Shown here: piece by piece, positions 12,041-23,551 of the stretch
Numbering within the stretch: the first letter of the stretch is position 1
Layout: the number at the start of each line of letters is the position of its first letter
From: Balamuthia mandrillaris
Taxonomy: Eukaryota
Direction of reading: 5' to 3'
DNA length: 64,000 nt
NCBI GenBank assembly: GCA_031835245.2
Contig: JAVKOQ020000026.1
Coordinates: 248,001-312,000, forward strand
The notes under the pieces: model-generated
What the model was told of the DNA's origin: nothing
The model's database searches: none
What the model saw: only the letters and a program-made list of their open reading frames with translations
Translations under genes and position numbers: made by a program

Positions 12041-12458
12041 GATTCTGCGGGGACCCTTTGCTCAAACCTTCGCTCTTGGAACGAAGGAGAGAACGCAGAG
12101 TGTCTACTGCCAACTGGACGTTGCGCAACACCATTGACGCCCTCGTAGACCATCTCGACCAACTCAGAAGGGCTACAAGAAGAAAGACTTGTTGGACCAA
12201 GGCGCAACGCCAAAGACGTACGTCTCAAATATCCAAAGGTTTTTTGCTTTTCAGGCTAAGCAACAGGTGGAGGAGGCTTCCCTCCTGCTTGTTTTTTTGA
12301 AAGGCAGCTGGCATTGAGCGCAAGTTGCATGTGTTCTAGGTCTCGGCAAGTACCCGCTCTCCTTTGGCAGCGGGTCCTTATTCACGAACAGATAAGCTCT
12401 GAACATTGCCGATGCCGGTTGGGTAGAAGGAAGCAACAGGTCTTACTATAGCAAGTAA
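12041..12458 (-). ncRNA. Candidate structured RNA of unknown family
   Basis: GC-richer island between AT-rich flanks with many nested inverted repeats; several G-U pairs favour the minus strand; no convincing ORF. Confidence 0.3.
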
Positions 12459-12529
12459 CAAAAATACAAGAACAAAAGGGGAACTTTTGTGCACCAATAA
12501 GGGGAAGAGTACAAAGGAGAAGTGCTGTG

Positions 12530-12677
12530 TTAAAAAAGTCCAACGGCCTTTTTTTTGTTGGCTTGCTTCCAAGCCTTCATCTCATAAAACTCTTTGCGTG
12601 TCTGTTTAAACACAGTTATAAACTCCTCATCCGAAAGGTATTGCTGATGTTTGTTTAAAATAAATGAAGGGTCAGTC

Positions 12678-12710
<33 letters not shown>

Positions 12711-14100
12711 CGCGCGCAAACTCTACCTCAAGAGCGGACTGATCAATATGAGCTGGAAGGAGGTGTCTTTGCATCAGCTCCTTGTAAGGAATAGTCGTCG
12801 TCGTCGGTGCAGGAGTTGATATTGTGGAAGAGGACGATGATCCCGATGATGCAGCCTTTTCTGTCGCTTGTTCTACCCCTTCCACCAAATCAATCGGCTC
12901 TGCATACTCAGCTTGCAATCCCTGTTTCTCCACTTGGTGCAAGTGCGATTCATCTTCCTCTTTGACTTCATTGTTGGAGACGATTTCAGCTGGATCAACT
13001 CCTCCCACCAAGTCAATAGGTTCCGCATATTCCGCGTCCCGTTCGGTATCTTGCTCTTCCTCGACTATGTGGAGAACTTCTTCTGTTTGTGCGACGCCTC
13101 CCACCAAGCCAACCGGTTCTGCATATTCCTCGTTCTGGTGCGTTGATGGTGAGGATTCAGCTGCGTTTTGGTGCGTTTCTTGCTCATCCTCATCGCCAGC
13201 AACAAGGTCCAGTTCAGCGGCCGCAGCGTAAATGTCATCGCTTGCAGGAGTGTTGACGGCAGCCGTCGATATAACTTTGGGTGGAATAGCTCCAAGAAGA
13301 GGAGATTCTCCGTATTCCTCTCCTTCGACTAAGAGTTCATTCTCCACATCTTTCCATGAAGAAGGATTATTGGTGGTAGAGGAAGCGGCTGCTCGTGGTG
13401 ATGATTTTGCGCTTTCTTCTTCTCCTTCTTCAAAGTTAAAGTTAGTATCAGTGTATCCGCAGTCCAAGTAATTATCAGCTGCACTTGGGGTCATTGTCCA
13501 TTCACTTGTTTCTTGCTGGGATGGTCCATGTTTAGCTTCAAGATCAAGAACGGATGAGTCTGCATAAACAGCAGAAGCGTTTTCCAACTCTTGCTTTATG
13601 TCAATCTTTTCTTTCTTCTTCTCTTTCTCCGGTTTAACAGCAGGAAAAGCTTCGGTGGATGACAGCTCAAAGCGAGAGTAGGTCGTCTTGGAAACGGATC
13701 TTTCTCGTTGAGCGAACGGCTCGTCGTTAGGTTCTTCTGCTAGACTGTAAATATCATCAACGTAGGGATTCTCTTCCTGAACTTCTTTCTTCTGAACCTG
13801 TTTCGTGGCAAACTTTGGACTTTGTAACTTTGTTGTTGTTTTAGGGACGAGAGTAGGGCTACTGTATGCCAACCCTTCCCCTCCTCTTCTTCATCTTCGA
13901 TGTAACCCGTTGACGCTGGGCGGTTATTGTTTGTAGAGAAAGAAGTAGATTTGTTGATTTGACTGTCTACTATATAGCTGTCATCTAAGTAGGGAGTTGC
14001 TTGTTCTTCTTCGTCTGACAGAGCGCTGCACAGATATGGATTTGGGTACGAAGCATAAGCTGACATTGTTCTCTGTTCGATAAGCATGGTTAGCGATTTA

Positions 14101-14140
<40 letters not shown>

Positions 14141-16364
14141 TCCCTTACTATCACAAACCTGCTCAGCAACGCTTTTGCCATCAACTCGTTTAGGTAAAAG
14201 CTTGTATCCCTTTGCAAAGAATAATTTTTGGAGGAACTCTCCGATGGGGATGTTGTCTTTGGCTTGTTCAGGGCTGCGCTTGTCTTTAAAAGGAGGATGA
14301 TCATTCCACACCGGGTTGTTGGTGTAATGGTCGAACTTGCCGTCTTTTGTTGTAAAGCTGAACGCCTAATTTTTTTTAACAACCACAATAAACAATTGAG
14401 TAAGATAGAAATGAAAGAAGAAGAAGAAGAAAGATGAAGAAGCAAACGAAAATGAAAGAAAGAACAAACATACCAAACAAGTGGGATAAGTTCTGCTGAA
14501 ACGAAGAAGAACGCAATCAGGATGGTCCTTGAGCTGCTCTTCAGCACCGATACGATCAACCAAGCCCAGAAAACCTTTTTCAAGCACATACTTTTGAAAG
14601 TTGTTCACAAACTCATTAAACGGGCCAAAGAGTCTCGTTAATACTTCCCACCTATTTTTTTTAAGTTAATAAAAATAGAAAAAAAAAAAGAAGAGAGAAC
14701 GAAAAAAAAAAAACAAACTTGTAGGTGGTGACCATGTTATCGGGAGGAAAGTTGAGAAAATAGCTAAAGTAATGATGACATTCATGATTGGCTGTAATGC
14801 TAGGAAATACTTCGCAAATAACATCTGTGTAAAATGTCTGAATAAGAAGGGAGGAAGAGAGAGAACATGTGAGACAAGAGCAAAACGATTGAAAATATGG
14901 ATTATGAGGAAGGTAGAAACCTCAAAGTCGACATGGTATTTATCTCTTCCAATACGACTGTCCCAAACTAAACGTGCCTTTTTAAATATAGAAAGTTATA
15001 TGTTATTCTGGTTCGTTTGGGAAGGGTATAACAGCACACAAACAGCAGAAAAAGAGAGAGAGTCGAGAAAACAATATAAAAAAAAAACAAAATCAACGAA
15101 GATAGCGATACCCTAGTGTCGGTGATGAGCTTAGAAGGGATGGCTGGCTTGACCGACTTTGGAGGACTCCTTCGAGAGAACGGAGGAAACATGGCCCTCA
15201 ACTGCTCATAGTAACGCCTCAAAATGAGCTCAAAGATGTCAAAGTTCTCGTTCACGGAGAACTTGCCCTCCAATATTTTGCTCAGCGTTACGCTTGTCTC
15301 TTGCAGGTTTTTTGTGAGGATGACAACAAGCTTGTTGAGAAAACTTCTCCGTTCCTCATCCCCTATCAAACTTTGTTGCATCTGGAAAAAAAAACCATAA
15401 CAGTGGTTGTTAGTTTTTATTTGCTGGGTCAACGATGGAAGAAGAAAGAGGAACAAGAAGCATAATAAACCTTCAAAGTACGAGCTTGACGAGGTAAGTA
15501 TTCGCGAATGAGCGAGATAGTGGAGGTCAAGTAGTCGATTCTGGTGTCGGTGGGCTTGTATTCCACCGCTGAGTCATCTACTCTCTGAGAGCGTTCCTTC
15601 TCCCTTTTCTTCTTCTCTTCGTAGTATTTCTTGTCTTTTTTTCATAAAGTTACGTGTTGGGTGAGAGAGAGAAAAGCAGAAGCAAGAGAAGCAGAGAGAG
15701 AAGAACGAGTATATAGAGCAAGGGCTTGAAGAAGAATGGAACCTTTAAGCTTGATTTCTTTGATTTGCTCCAAGGCAAGGGCGGCCCAGTAGTCGCAGAC
15801 GGAAAGGCTCTTTTCGGCAGGCCGTTCTTCGGCCGCCCTGTCCTTGCTCAAACGTTGCCACAGCTGGCACACACGCGAGGCAACATCCAACGACTCCCCT
15901 CCAACGTACTCAAAGATCTGCACGCAGTTTTTATTATTTGTTTAGAGTCATCAGATGGGAGGCTAAAAGTATTTTTTTGAAAAAAAAAAAAAACAAAAAC
16001 ATACCTTGACCCAAATACGTTCAGGAAGAACTACTGTCTTCAAAGCCGCGACGCCTACGTTGGTGTTGGAACTGCCGCTGCTGCCACTACCGCTGGAGCT
16101 AATGCTGTCCTCCTCGTCAAACTCGGCTTCATAGGCGTAACCCGTGGCATAGCCGCTGTCCACGCCGCCGCCGCTAGCCGAGGAAACGGACCAGTTGGCT
16201 CGCGCGGTGGTGGTCGGCGAAGAGGAAGGAGCAAAGAGTTGCGCACGAGCTTGGGCTTGCGCTTGAACCAACTCGGCCCTTGCTCTGCTCGAGGGAGAGG
16301 AGGAGGACGCCGAAGAGTCTTCCTCCTCCAAAACAGCTTGGTAGCAATCGTCCGCCTCGTACAT
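12530..16364 (-). CDS. F-box + Cbl-TKB-like (4H/EF/SH2) + Tyr-motif repeats + villin headpiece protein
   Basis: F-box LPERIWVKIFEYV..ASRVCQLW; Cbl-like EQLRAMFP..ITDTRARLVWDSRIG; SH2 GFLGLVDRIGAEEQL..VLLRFSRT; 3x EYAEP; last exon QYLSDEEFITVFKQTRKEFYEMKAWKQANKKKAVGLF*. Confidence 0.75.
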
Positions 16365-16689
16365 GATTTTTTTTAAAAAAAAAGAACCTTTGGAAGAAAC
16401 GTCGAGAGAGAGAGAGAGAGAGAGGAGAGTAAGGTTCACGAGGTGGACATAACAAGAACGTAACCCAACAAACCTTGCCTTCTTCTTCTTGTGTCTCTAT
16501 TCGTCTCCAATTTATTTTTTTTCTTTGTAATTATAGGAATCCATAAATTTGCAGATATATTACGATAATTTTCCATAAACGATACAATTATTTGGATATA
16601 TTGCGAATTTTCTTCATTTACGATAGTACTCTTTTTTTGCTTCTGTTCTCCCATGGTGTGCTTGGTCTGCCCTTAAAAACTGAGGACTT

Positions 16690-18210
16690 TTAGGCACATC
16701 CGTTCCGTTGCGCCCACTGGAGCACCTCTAAATGACCTCCCTCAGCAGCAGCGCGGAACACCCTTTCGTCCCAAGGGCATCCATTATCTCTGGCCCATTG
16801 CAACACTTCCAGGTGACCATTCTTTGCTGCCTCCACACAAACCTCTTCATCCCAACAACAGTGCCCTTCCTCACGGAGCCACTTCAGCGTCTCCAACTGA
16901 CCTCCTCGTGCTGCCGCAGCGCATGTGCTCTCATTCCAGGGATGACGATGAGCATAACTTTTCACGCTTCTACGAATCCACTTCAATACATGAACGTGAC
17001 CATTACTTGCTGCAGCATCACTGACGGAGCGAGGAGACCAACAAGTGTATATGGGCCAAGGACAACCTTGCTCATAGGCCCATTGGATCACCTCTAAGTG
17101 TCCGTTCATGGCGGCCTTGAAGAACACTTGCGAGTCCCAAGGACAGCCATCTTGACGAGCCCATTTCAGCAGCTCCAAATGGCCATTCTTGGCGGCGCTG
17201 CTGCAAACGTTCGCGCTCCACTGGCACCCTCGTTCCCGAAGAAGCTTGAGCACGTCCAGCTGTCCTCCTGAGGCGGCGTAGGTACAAGTGAACACCGGAT
17301 CAAACTCTACCTCCCCAGCTTTGTGATCCAGCATCCATTTAACAATCTCCAAGTGCCCGCTTCTGGCTGCTTCCGCGCAAGCCGTCTCGTCCCAAGGGCA
17401 ACCGTGCTCCATCGCCCATCTCAGAACATCCAAACGACCTTCCTTCGCCGCCATTCTGCACACTTCTTCGTCCCAATCGCAGCCTGCCCGACGCGCCCAT
17501 TTCAGCAGCTCCAAATGGCCGTTCCTGGCAGCGCTGCTACAAACCGTGGCGCTCCAGGGGCACCCTCTGTCACGAAGCCACCGCAGCACTTCCAAGTGTC
17601 CGTGCAGAGCAGCACCTCTGCAAGTGAGCTCGTCCCAGTGACAGCCTTGCTCTTCATCGCGGAGCCAACTAAGCACAGACGTGTTGCCTTGGGCAGCGGC
17701 AGCGGCACATGTGTACCTGTCTAACGAGTAGCCATTTTGTTGAGCCCACTTCAAGAGCGATAAACGGCTGCAGAGCGTGGTGATGTCGAACTTGAAGCGG
17801 TAGGAGAGGGGGCAGCAGTAGAACCACCGACGGCACGTCCTGCCAGCAATGGCGAGCATGCCTTTGGGAAGCATGGAGAAAACGTGACAAACGAGCTCCT
17901 CTGGCAACAGTACTTCCACAAGGCTGCGTTCCTGTTCCTGTGCCTGTTCTTGTGGTACTTGGTTGCGCAAGGGTCGCTTAGACTTGGCAGGGGCAACGTG
18001 CGCGAGGCTGTTGCTGCTTGTGCCTCCATCGCCGGAAGTAGGGTGAGCGCGCTTTTGTCGTTTGGGGCTTGCCTGGTGGGGCGTCAGCATTGCCCTCCTT
18101 CCATCATCCATGTTTTTTTGTATTGCCTTTTGTTTGCTGAGCGTGTTGCTGTGTGGTGCATTTGCTGTGCTTTCTTTTTCTCCGCTTTTTCCTTTGCTAT
18201 AAAACACCAT
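16690..18210 (-). CDS. F-box plus GCPWDE-type ankyrin repeat protein, intronless
   Basis: LPEELVCHVFSML F-box followed by about ten CxxAAxxGHLExLKWAxxxGCPWD repeats. Confidence 0.9.
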   Translation of the reverse strand: MVFYSKGKSGEKESTANAPHSNTLSKQKAIQKNMDDGRRAMLTPHQASPKRQKRAHPTSGDGGTSSNSLAHVAPAKSKRPLRNQVPQEQAQEQERSLVEVLLPEELVCHVFSMLPKGMLAIAGRTCRRWFYCCPLSYRFKFDITTLCSRLSLLKWAQQNGYSLDRYTCAAAAAQGNTSVLSWLRDEEQGCHWDELTCRGAALHGHLEVLRWLRDRGCPWSATVCSSAARNGHLELLKWARRAGCDWDEEVCRMAAKEGRLDVLRWAMEHGCPWDETACAEAARSGHLEIVKWMLDHKAGEVEFDPVFTCTYAASGGQLDVLKLLRERGCQWSANVCSSAAKNGHLELLKWARQDGCPWDSQVFFKAAMNGHLEVIQWAYEQGCPWPIYTCWSPRSVSDAAASNGHVHVLKWIRRSVKSYAHRHPWNESTCAAAARGGQLETLKWLREEGHCCWDEEVCVEAAKNGHLEVLQWARDNGCPWDERVFRAAAEGGHLEVLQWAQRNGCA

Positions 18211-18561
18211 TAAGTGATATCAGGAGGGACAAGAGACCGGAGGGAGGGAAGAGAGAGCAGACGAGACCGGAGAGAGAGGAGCGACTAGAGAACGAGAGAT
18301 AAGAGACTTGAGAAATAGAGAGATACGAGACAAGAGAGAGAGAGAGAGAACAAGTTATAATAAATAATGAATGCTTGTATTCTAAGATTGCTGATGCAAC
18401 AACAACGTGAATGACAAAGTCACAAAAAAAGTGAGACTGCCTCTGCACACCTCCACACAACAAAAAAAAACTATCCACAAAGAAATGATAAAAATGTACA
18501 ACCAAAATATAACCAAAAAAGAAAGAGGTAGTTAAAACGTGGAAGCAAAAGGCCATGTACT

Positions 18562-19929
18562 TTAGCTGCCACTACCTCTTCCATCCAAAACGTAGACCAT
18601 GTGCCCCAAGCTGGCTCCTCTCTCGGTCAACAGGTGGATTATCTGTCTGGTCTTTCGGATGGAAGCTGCTTGCATGTATTGTGGTTCTGTTCCATCCGTA
18701 AACCTGTTTTCAATGGAAAGAGAACAAGGTATTAACAAAGGAAAAGAAATATATATTTTAAAAAATGAAGGAGAACTAACCTTATCACAAGATTTGTGTC
18801 ATCTTTTAACGAGATGTTGTCAATAGCGGAGTAACGAAAGATGGCTCTTGTTTCATTTGTTTTTGGGTCTATCCGCTCAAAGGTTTCCTTTCCAAAGCGG
18901 AGCATCCTACTTTGCTCTGTTTTTGAATGGAATAGAATCATCAGAGGAAACAGAAGAATAGTGTTTAAAAGATGGAGGAATAGCATACGTCGCCAGAACC
19001 AATTCGTCCTCATGACTTCAATTTCAACTTCATCTTCATCACCAAACTCTTCATCTTTGAGCTTGATAAAGTCGGAGAGACTGTCGCTGGCAACTCGAGC
19101 AGATACACCACTGGTACTGCTACTGCTAGAAGAAGAGCAGGCCGAGTCTTCTTCCAAGCCGCTCTCTGTGCTTTCATCTCCGCTCTCACAACGAAGTTCG
19201 CAAAACTCGTCTTCCATCTTCCTTTGCGAAAACGGCTTTGGGCCGTTGTTGGTGTCGTTTTGACTCTGCGTTGTTTCTGTGTCTATCGCGGCTTGCTCTC
19301 GTTCTTCTTCTGCCTCTACTTCTTCTGCTTCTTCGCCATCGTCAGGTGGTTGTGTGAGGTATTGAAGGTTGGGCGGCAAAGCGGAAGAAGGAGACCAAGC
19401 TGAGGCCATTGTGTTCAAGAGGCTGCCTATGTAGCCACTTGATTCCATAGTTGATTTTGCGGTTAGGCCTATTAAAGAGGGTTAGAAAGTCTCAAGGAAA
19501 GAAGATAACGAGGCTGAAAACGAACATTTTTGAAGTCTCTCCTTCATAAGCTTTTCTAGTTCTCCTGATGCGTTGGCCTTTTCCACGTCTTCTAAAAACT
19601 TAGAGATAGCAGAAAAGAAGCAACGCAGAGAATAAGTAAGTCATTCATGCTTCGAATGGTAAGAAGAGCAAGGTTGGGGTACATACGCCAACCCAAGTGT
19701 CCCCAACAAAGACGAGAGGATACTCTGCTTGCAGGCTTTGACCTTCCAGCCACGATCCCAACTTGGGGTAGGGGGTAACGTCCACAATGTCGATCTGTTG
19801 CATGGACAGGCCCTTGGTCTGGAACAGGTCCACCACCTTCTTGGTCCTCCTCAAGGAGTCCCGCGTTTGTGTCTCGCTTCGTATGTACACCGTCACCACG
19901 CTCATTCCAAAGTTGGTGCTGCTGAGCAT
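18562..19929 (-). CDS. SH3BGR/glutaredoxin-like domain plus C-terminal PH-like (RME-8 N-terminus-like) domain
   Basis: VVDLFQTKG..DIVDV..YPLVFVGDTWVG; acidic linker; VMRTNWFWRR.SRMLRFGKETFERIDPKTNETRAIFRYSAI. Confidence 0.6.
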
Positions 19930-20848
19930 CTCAAGGAGTGAATGCTTTCCTCTCTCCCTCCTTTCTTTCTTCTGTGAGTGCCTAAAGCTAACTCGATGAA
20001 AGTGTTTTCTGTGAAACACGGCAGCCTCTTTTGTTTTTTTTTTTTTTTTGTTGAAACAAAACAAAAACAAAGAAGAAGAAGGGGAAATAAACGAATGAGC
20101 AAAACTTGATGTGGTCTCTTCTCCTTTTTGTTGTCTCTCTTCAAAAAATCAAAAGTAGAGCTTGGAATAGTGCAGGGGAGATGTGAAGAGAAGAGAGAGG
20201 GCAACAAGAAGAAGGAAGAAAGGAAGAAAGAAAGAAGAACAAACAAACCTTTTTTTTTGCTTTTTGACGAACAAAAAGCCTACACCAAACACACAAGAAC
20301 TTGCGATAGATTTCTCCAGGCAGTCGAGCAGTTTGCTGTCCTTCTTTCTTGCTTGATTTCGTGCAAATTTCTGCCTGAAATACACAGAGCGGTTGCCCTG
20401 CGTGTTTGCAAAAAAACAAAAAACTCCTGTTCACCAAGCACAAGGGGAAAAAAAAATCTTCGCTTCCTCTCGCTTGTGCCACACTCGTCGTACCAATCCC
20501 GTGTTTTTTTAAATCCAAAAAATATCAAAAAATAATACAAAAAATGGGTTTTGTTGTTTACTTTTTTTTTTTATCGAACACCACCACGTCATTCGTTCTC
20601 CATCACACCCACCCACACGATTTTTCTCCTCTCAGAAAGAGTAGGAAACAAACGCGCGCGTAGCGGAGCGGAAGGAAGGAAGGGGGAGAGATAACAGGTG
20701 ATGGTCTTGTCAACGGTTTCCCCGGTCCGCTTGGATGCGTTGAAATTACCCGCGCCGAAGTTTCCCGCATTCCTTCCGCAAATACTCGAAATTCCTCCGC
20801 GGAGTCTCAGGAATGGGTTGAACTCCGGAATTGATCTGTGATCTCATC

Positions 20849-20856
20849 TGACGTCA
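20849..20856. promoter_or_regulatory. CRE-like palindrome TGACGTCA upstream of CNOT9
   Basis: Perfect TGACGTCA in the divergent intergenic region; a second copy lies at 23153-23160. Confidence 0.25.
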
Positions 20857-21066
20857 TTATGGGAACCCAAAAGAAAAAAGAAAGAGAGCAACCAAGCAAC
20901 CAAGGCCTTGGTTGACTTCAAGCCAGTGCCCCCTTTTGTTTTCCCCCCTTCCTCCTCTTCGTTCATGCGCAGTGCCAGAATAGTTTTGTGAAGCTTTAAC
21001 AAAACCCTCACTCTTTCCCCACCACCACCACCACCACTGTGTACTATTACTTCCACCACACACTCA

Positions 21067-22738
21067 ATGTCACACTACCCCAAAATGCAGCCCACACACT
21101 CCCTTGCGTCACGCATGCAAACGCCGCCACCTTCCTCTGCTTCCTCTGGTTCTGCCTCATCCTCACACCCAGCCTCCAACGGCAGTTACTTGGGCATGGT
21201 GGCTGGGCATGGGCGCGCTCCAACCCCCACCAGCTCCAGCTCCATGGCGGCCTCTCTCAACTCCCTCTCTGCTTTTCCCCCTATGCCCTCTTCTTCTTCC
21301 TCCTCGTCTGTCGGCCATCCACAACAACACCCTCAGCACCAACATCAACTGCACCAGCAGCAGCAACAACAACTCGTCTCTCCCTCCTCGCCCTCCTCTT
21401 CCTCTGCCGAAGGCAGTGTCTCCAAAGAACGGATCTATCAGTTGGTGTTGGAGCTGAGCAGCCCGGACAAGAGAGAGAGCGCTCTCTTGGAGCTGAGCAA
21501 GAAACGGGAGGCGGTGCCGGACCTCGCCCCCATTCTCTGGCACTCCTTTGGCACCATCGCCTGCCTCCTGCAGGAGATTGTTGGTATATACCCGCTGCTC
21601 TCCCCGCCGAAGCTCAAGGCACATGCCTCCAACCGTGTTTGTAATGCCTTGGCTCTGCTTCAGTGCGTTGCTTCTCACCCTGAAACACGAACTCTTTTTC
21701 TCAAAGGTAAACTTTTTCTTTCGTTCTTTCTGGTACTTTGTGCATGTCTGTCTTTCTCTTTTTCTATTATTCTTCCTCTCGTTGTCGCCTTCCTATCTCT
21801 CTTCTCTCCATCTTCTTTCGCTCTCTTTCTTTTGCTTGTTACCACACTTTTTTATTAACATTTACTGTTGTGCAGCACACATTCCTTTGTTTTTGTATCC
21901 ATTTCTGAACACTGTAAGTAAGACGCGACCATTTGAGTATCTCCGCCTAACCAGCCTTGGTGTCATTGGCGCACTTGTCAAGGTAACTTGTTGGTTTCTT
22001 TAAAACAATGATCTTTCTGCTTTTCCTTGCTCCTTTTCATTTTCTAACAAAATTTTGTGCTTTGGTTGCTTCTGAGCAGATGGATGATCCCGATGTCATC
22101 AACTTCCTACTCACCACCGAAATCATACCATTGTGTCTTCGCATTATGGAAACTGGCAGCGAACTCTCTAAAACAGTAAGTAGTCCTTCTCTCTTCTCGT
22201 TTGACCATATTTAAAAACGAACTTCGAATAACAACAAAAAACAGGTTGCCACATTCATCATCCAAAAGATACTTTTGGATAACACAGGCCTCATCTACAT
22301 TTGTACTACCTATGAGCGCTTCTACGCGGTCAGCACCGTGCTCAGCAACATGGTGGCGGGTCTCGTGGAAGCTCCTTCCCAACGCCTCCTCAAACACATC
22401 ATCCGCTGTTACTTGCGCCTTTCGGATAACCCTAAGTAAGTTTTTTTTTCCAAAGCTTTCATTTCCTCTTTTTGCTCTGTTCTTCTGTCTCTTTTCTTCT
22501 GTTCTTCTTTTCTCTTTATCTCGTTTCTCATTTTTCAATGCCAACAATAAAAAGGGCTCGCGAAGCGCTTCGTTCTCACCTTCCGGAGCCGTTTCACGAC
22601 GGCACATTTGCCAACTATCTGAAGGACGATCACACAACAACGCGGTGGTTGGCCCAACTCTTAATGAACCTGAGGGAGAGCTCTCCATCCGCCGCCGACG
22701 TGCTTGGCGTCAACAACCCCAACCTTTCGCATCCCTGA
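21067..22738 (+). CDS. CNOT9: CCR4-NOT subunit 9 (Rcd1/Caf40)
   Basis: [88 protein letters not shown]. Confidence 0.96.
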
Positions 22739-23551
22739 AAATGCACCTTCTGACTTTTCTGTTTGTTTATCATGAAAACGCACGCACAAACAACGCCCTG
22801 TTTTTTATTTTTGCTTTCGAGGAGATACCTCTTTCCCGCTCCGCATCGTGTCTGTTCTTATCTCCGTTACTTTTCGTTTATCCTTCCCTCCCTCCGTTGC
22901 CAACTTGGCTTCCGGTAACTTCGTTGAAAATGACTTGTGTCAAGCAACTCTCTGCTTTGCTGGAAGCACAAGAAAAAGAAGCTGAAATAGAAGAAGCAAA
23001 GGGAGGAGAAGAAGCAGAAGAAGAACGGGAAGCGAGATACTTGGCTTGGCTCGAGATAGTTAACTTTTCAACGAAAGAAAAATGACTTCTCCCGCAAGAT
23101 ATTCCCTGAGGGGCACTTCTTCGCCAAGGCGACACTTCTGATCTAGATGGTGTGACGTCATCGACATCGCCCCACTTTTTTTTGAATTTCCATTGGCTTT
23201 GAGGTTTGTTGCAACAGAAAAAAAAAAACAGAGGAACAAAAAAAACCTTATTTTGGCTGGTGCACCAATTGCTACGACTACTTCTACTGCTGCTTGCCGC
23301 TCACCTCAAAGAAAAAAACAACAAGGGGTTTCCTTCTGTCTTTGGTCTTCTGTGACACACACCGCCTTCGAGTATACTTCTTCTTCTCTTTATTTTTTTT
23401 TGGGAGAGTTTATTTTTTTTGTACAAGTAGTGGAGGGGGAAGAAAAGGGGGAAAAAGAAGCAACCAACCATTCTCAACTACTTTCTCTTTTTTGTTTGTT
23501 TGTTTGTTTGATAAAAACACAGTAGCGCACATACACACACACACGCACACA

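Noticed and set aside
22930..23085. 51-aa Glu-rich ORF between CNOT9 and Rab1
   Set aside because: Low complexity, no recognisable motif; compatible with UTR or intergenic purine-rich sequence
23153..23160. Second TGACGTCA as evidence of a shared regulon
   Set aside because: About one copy of an 8-mer is expected by chance in 64 kb; two copies are weak evidence
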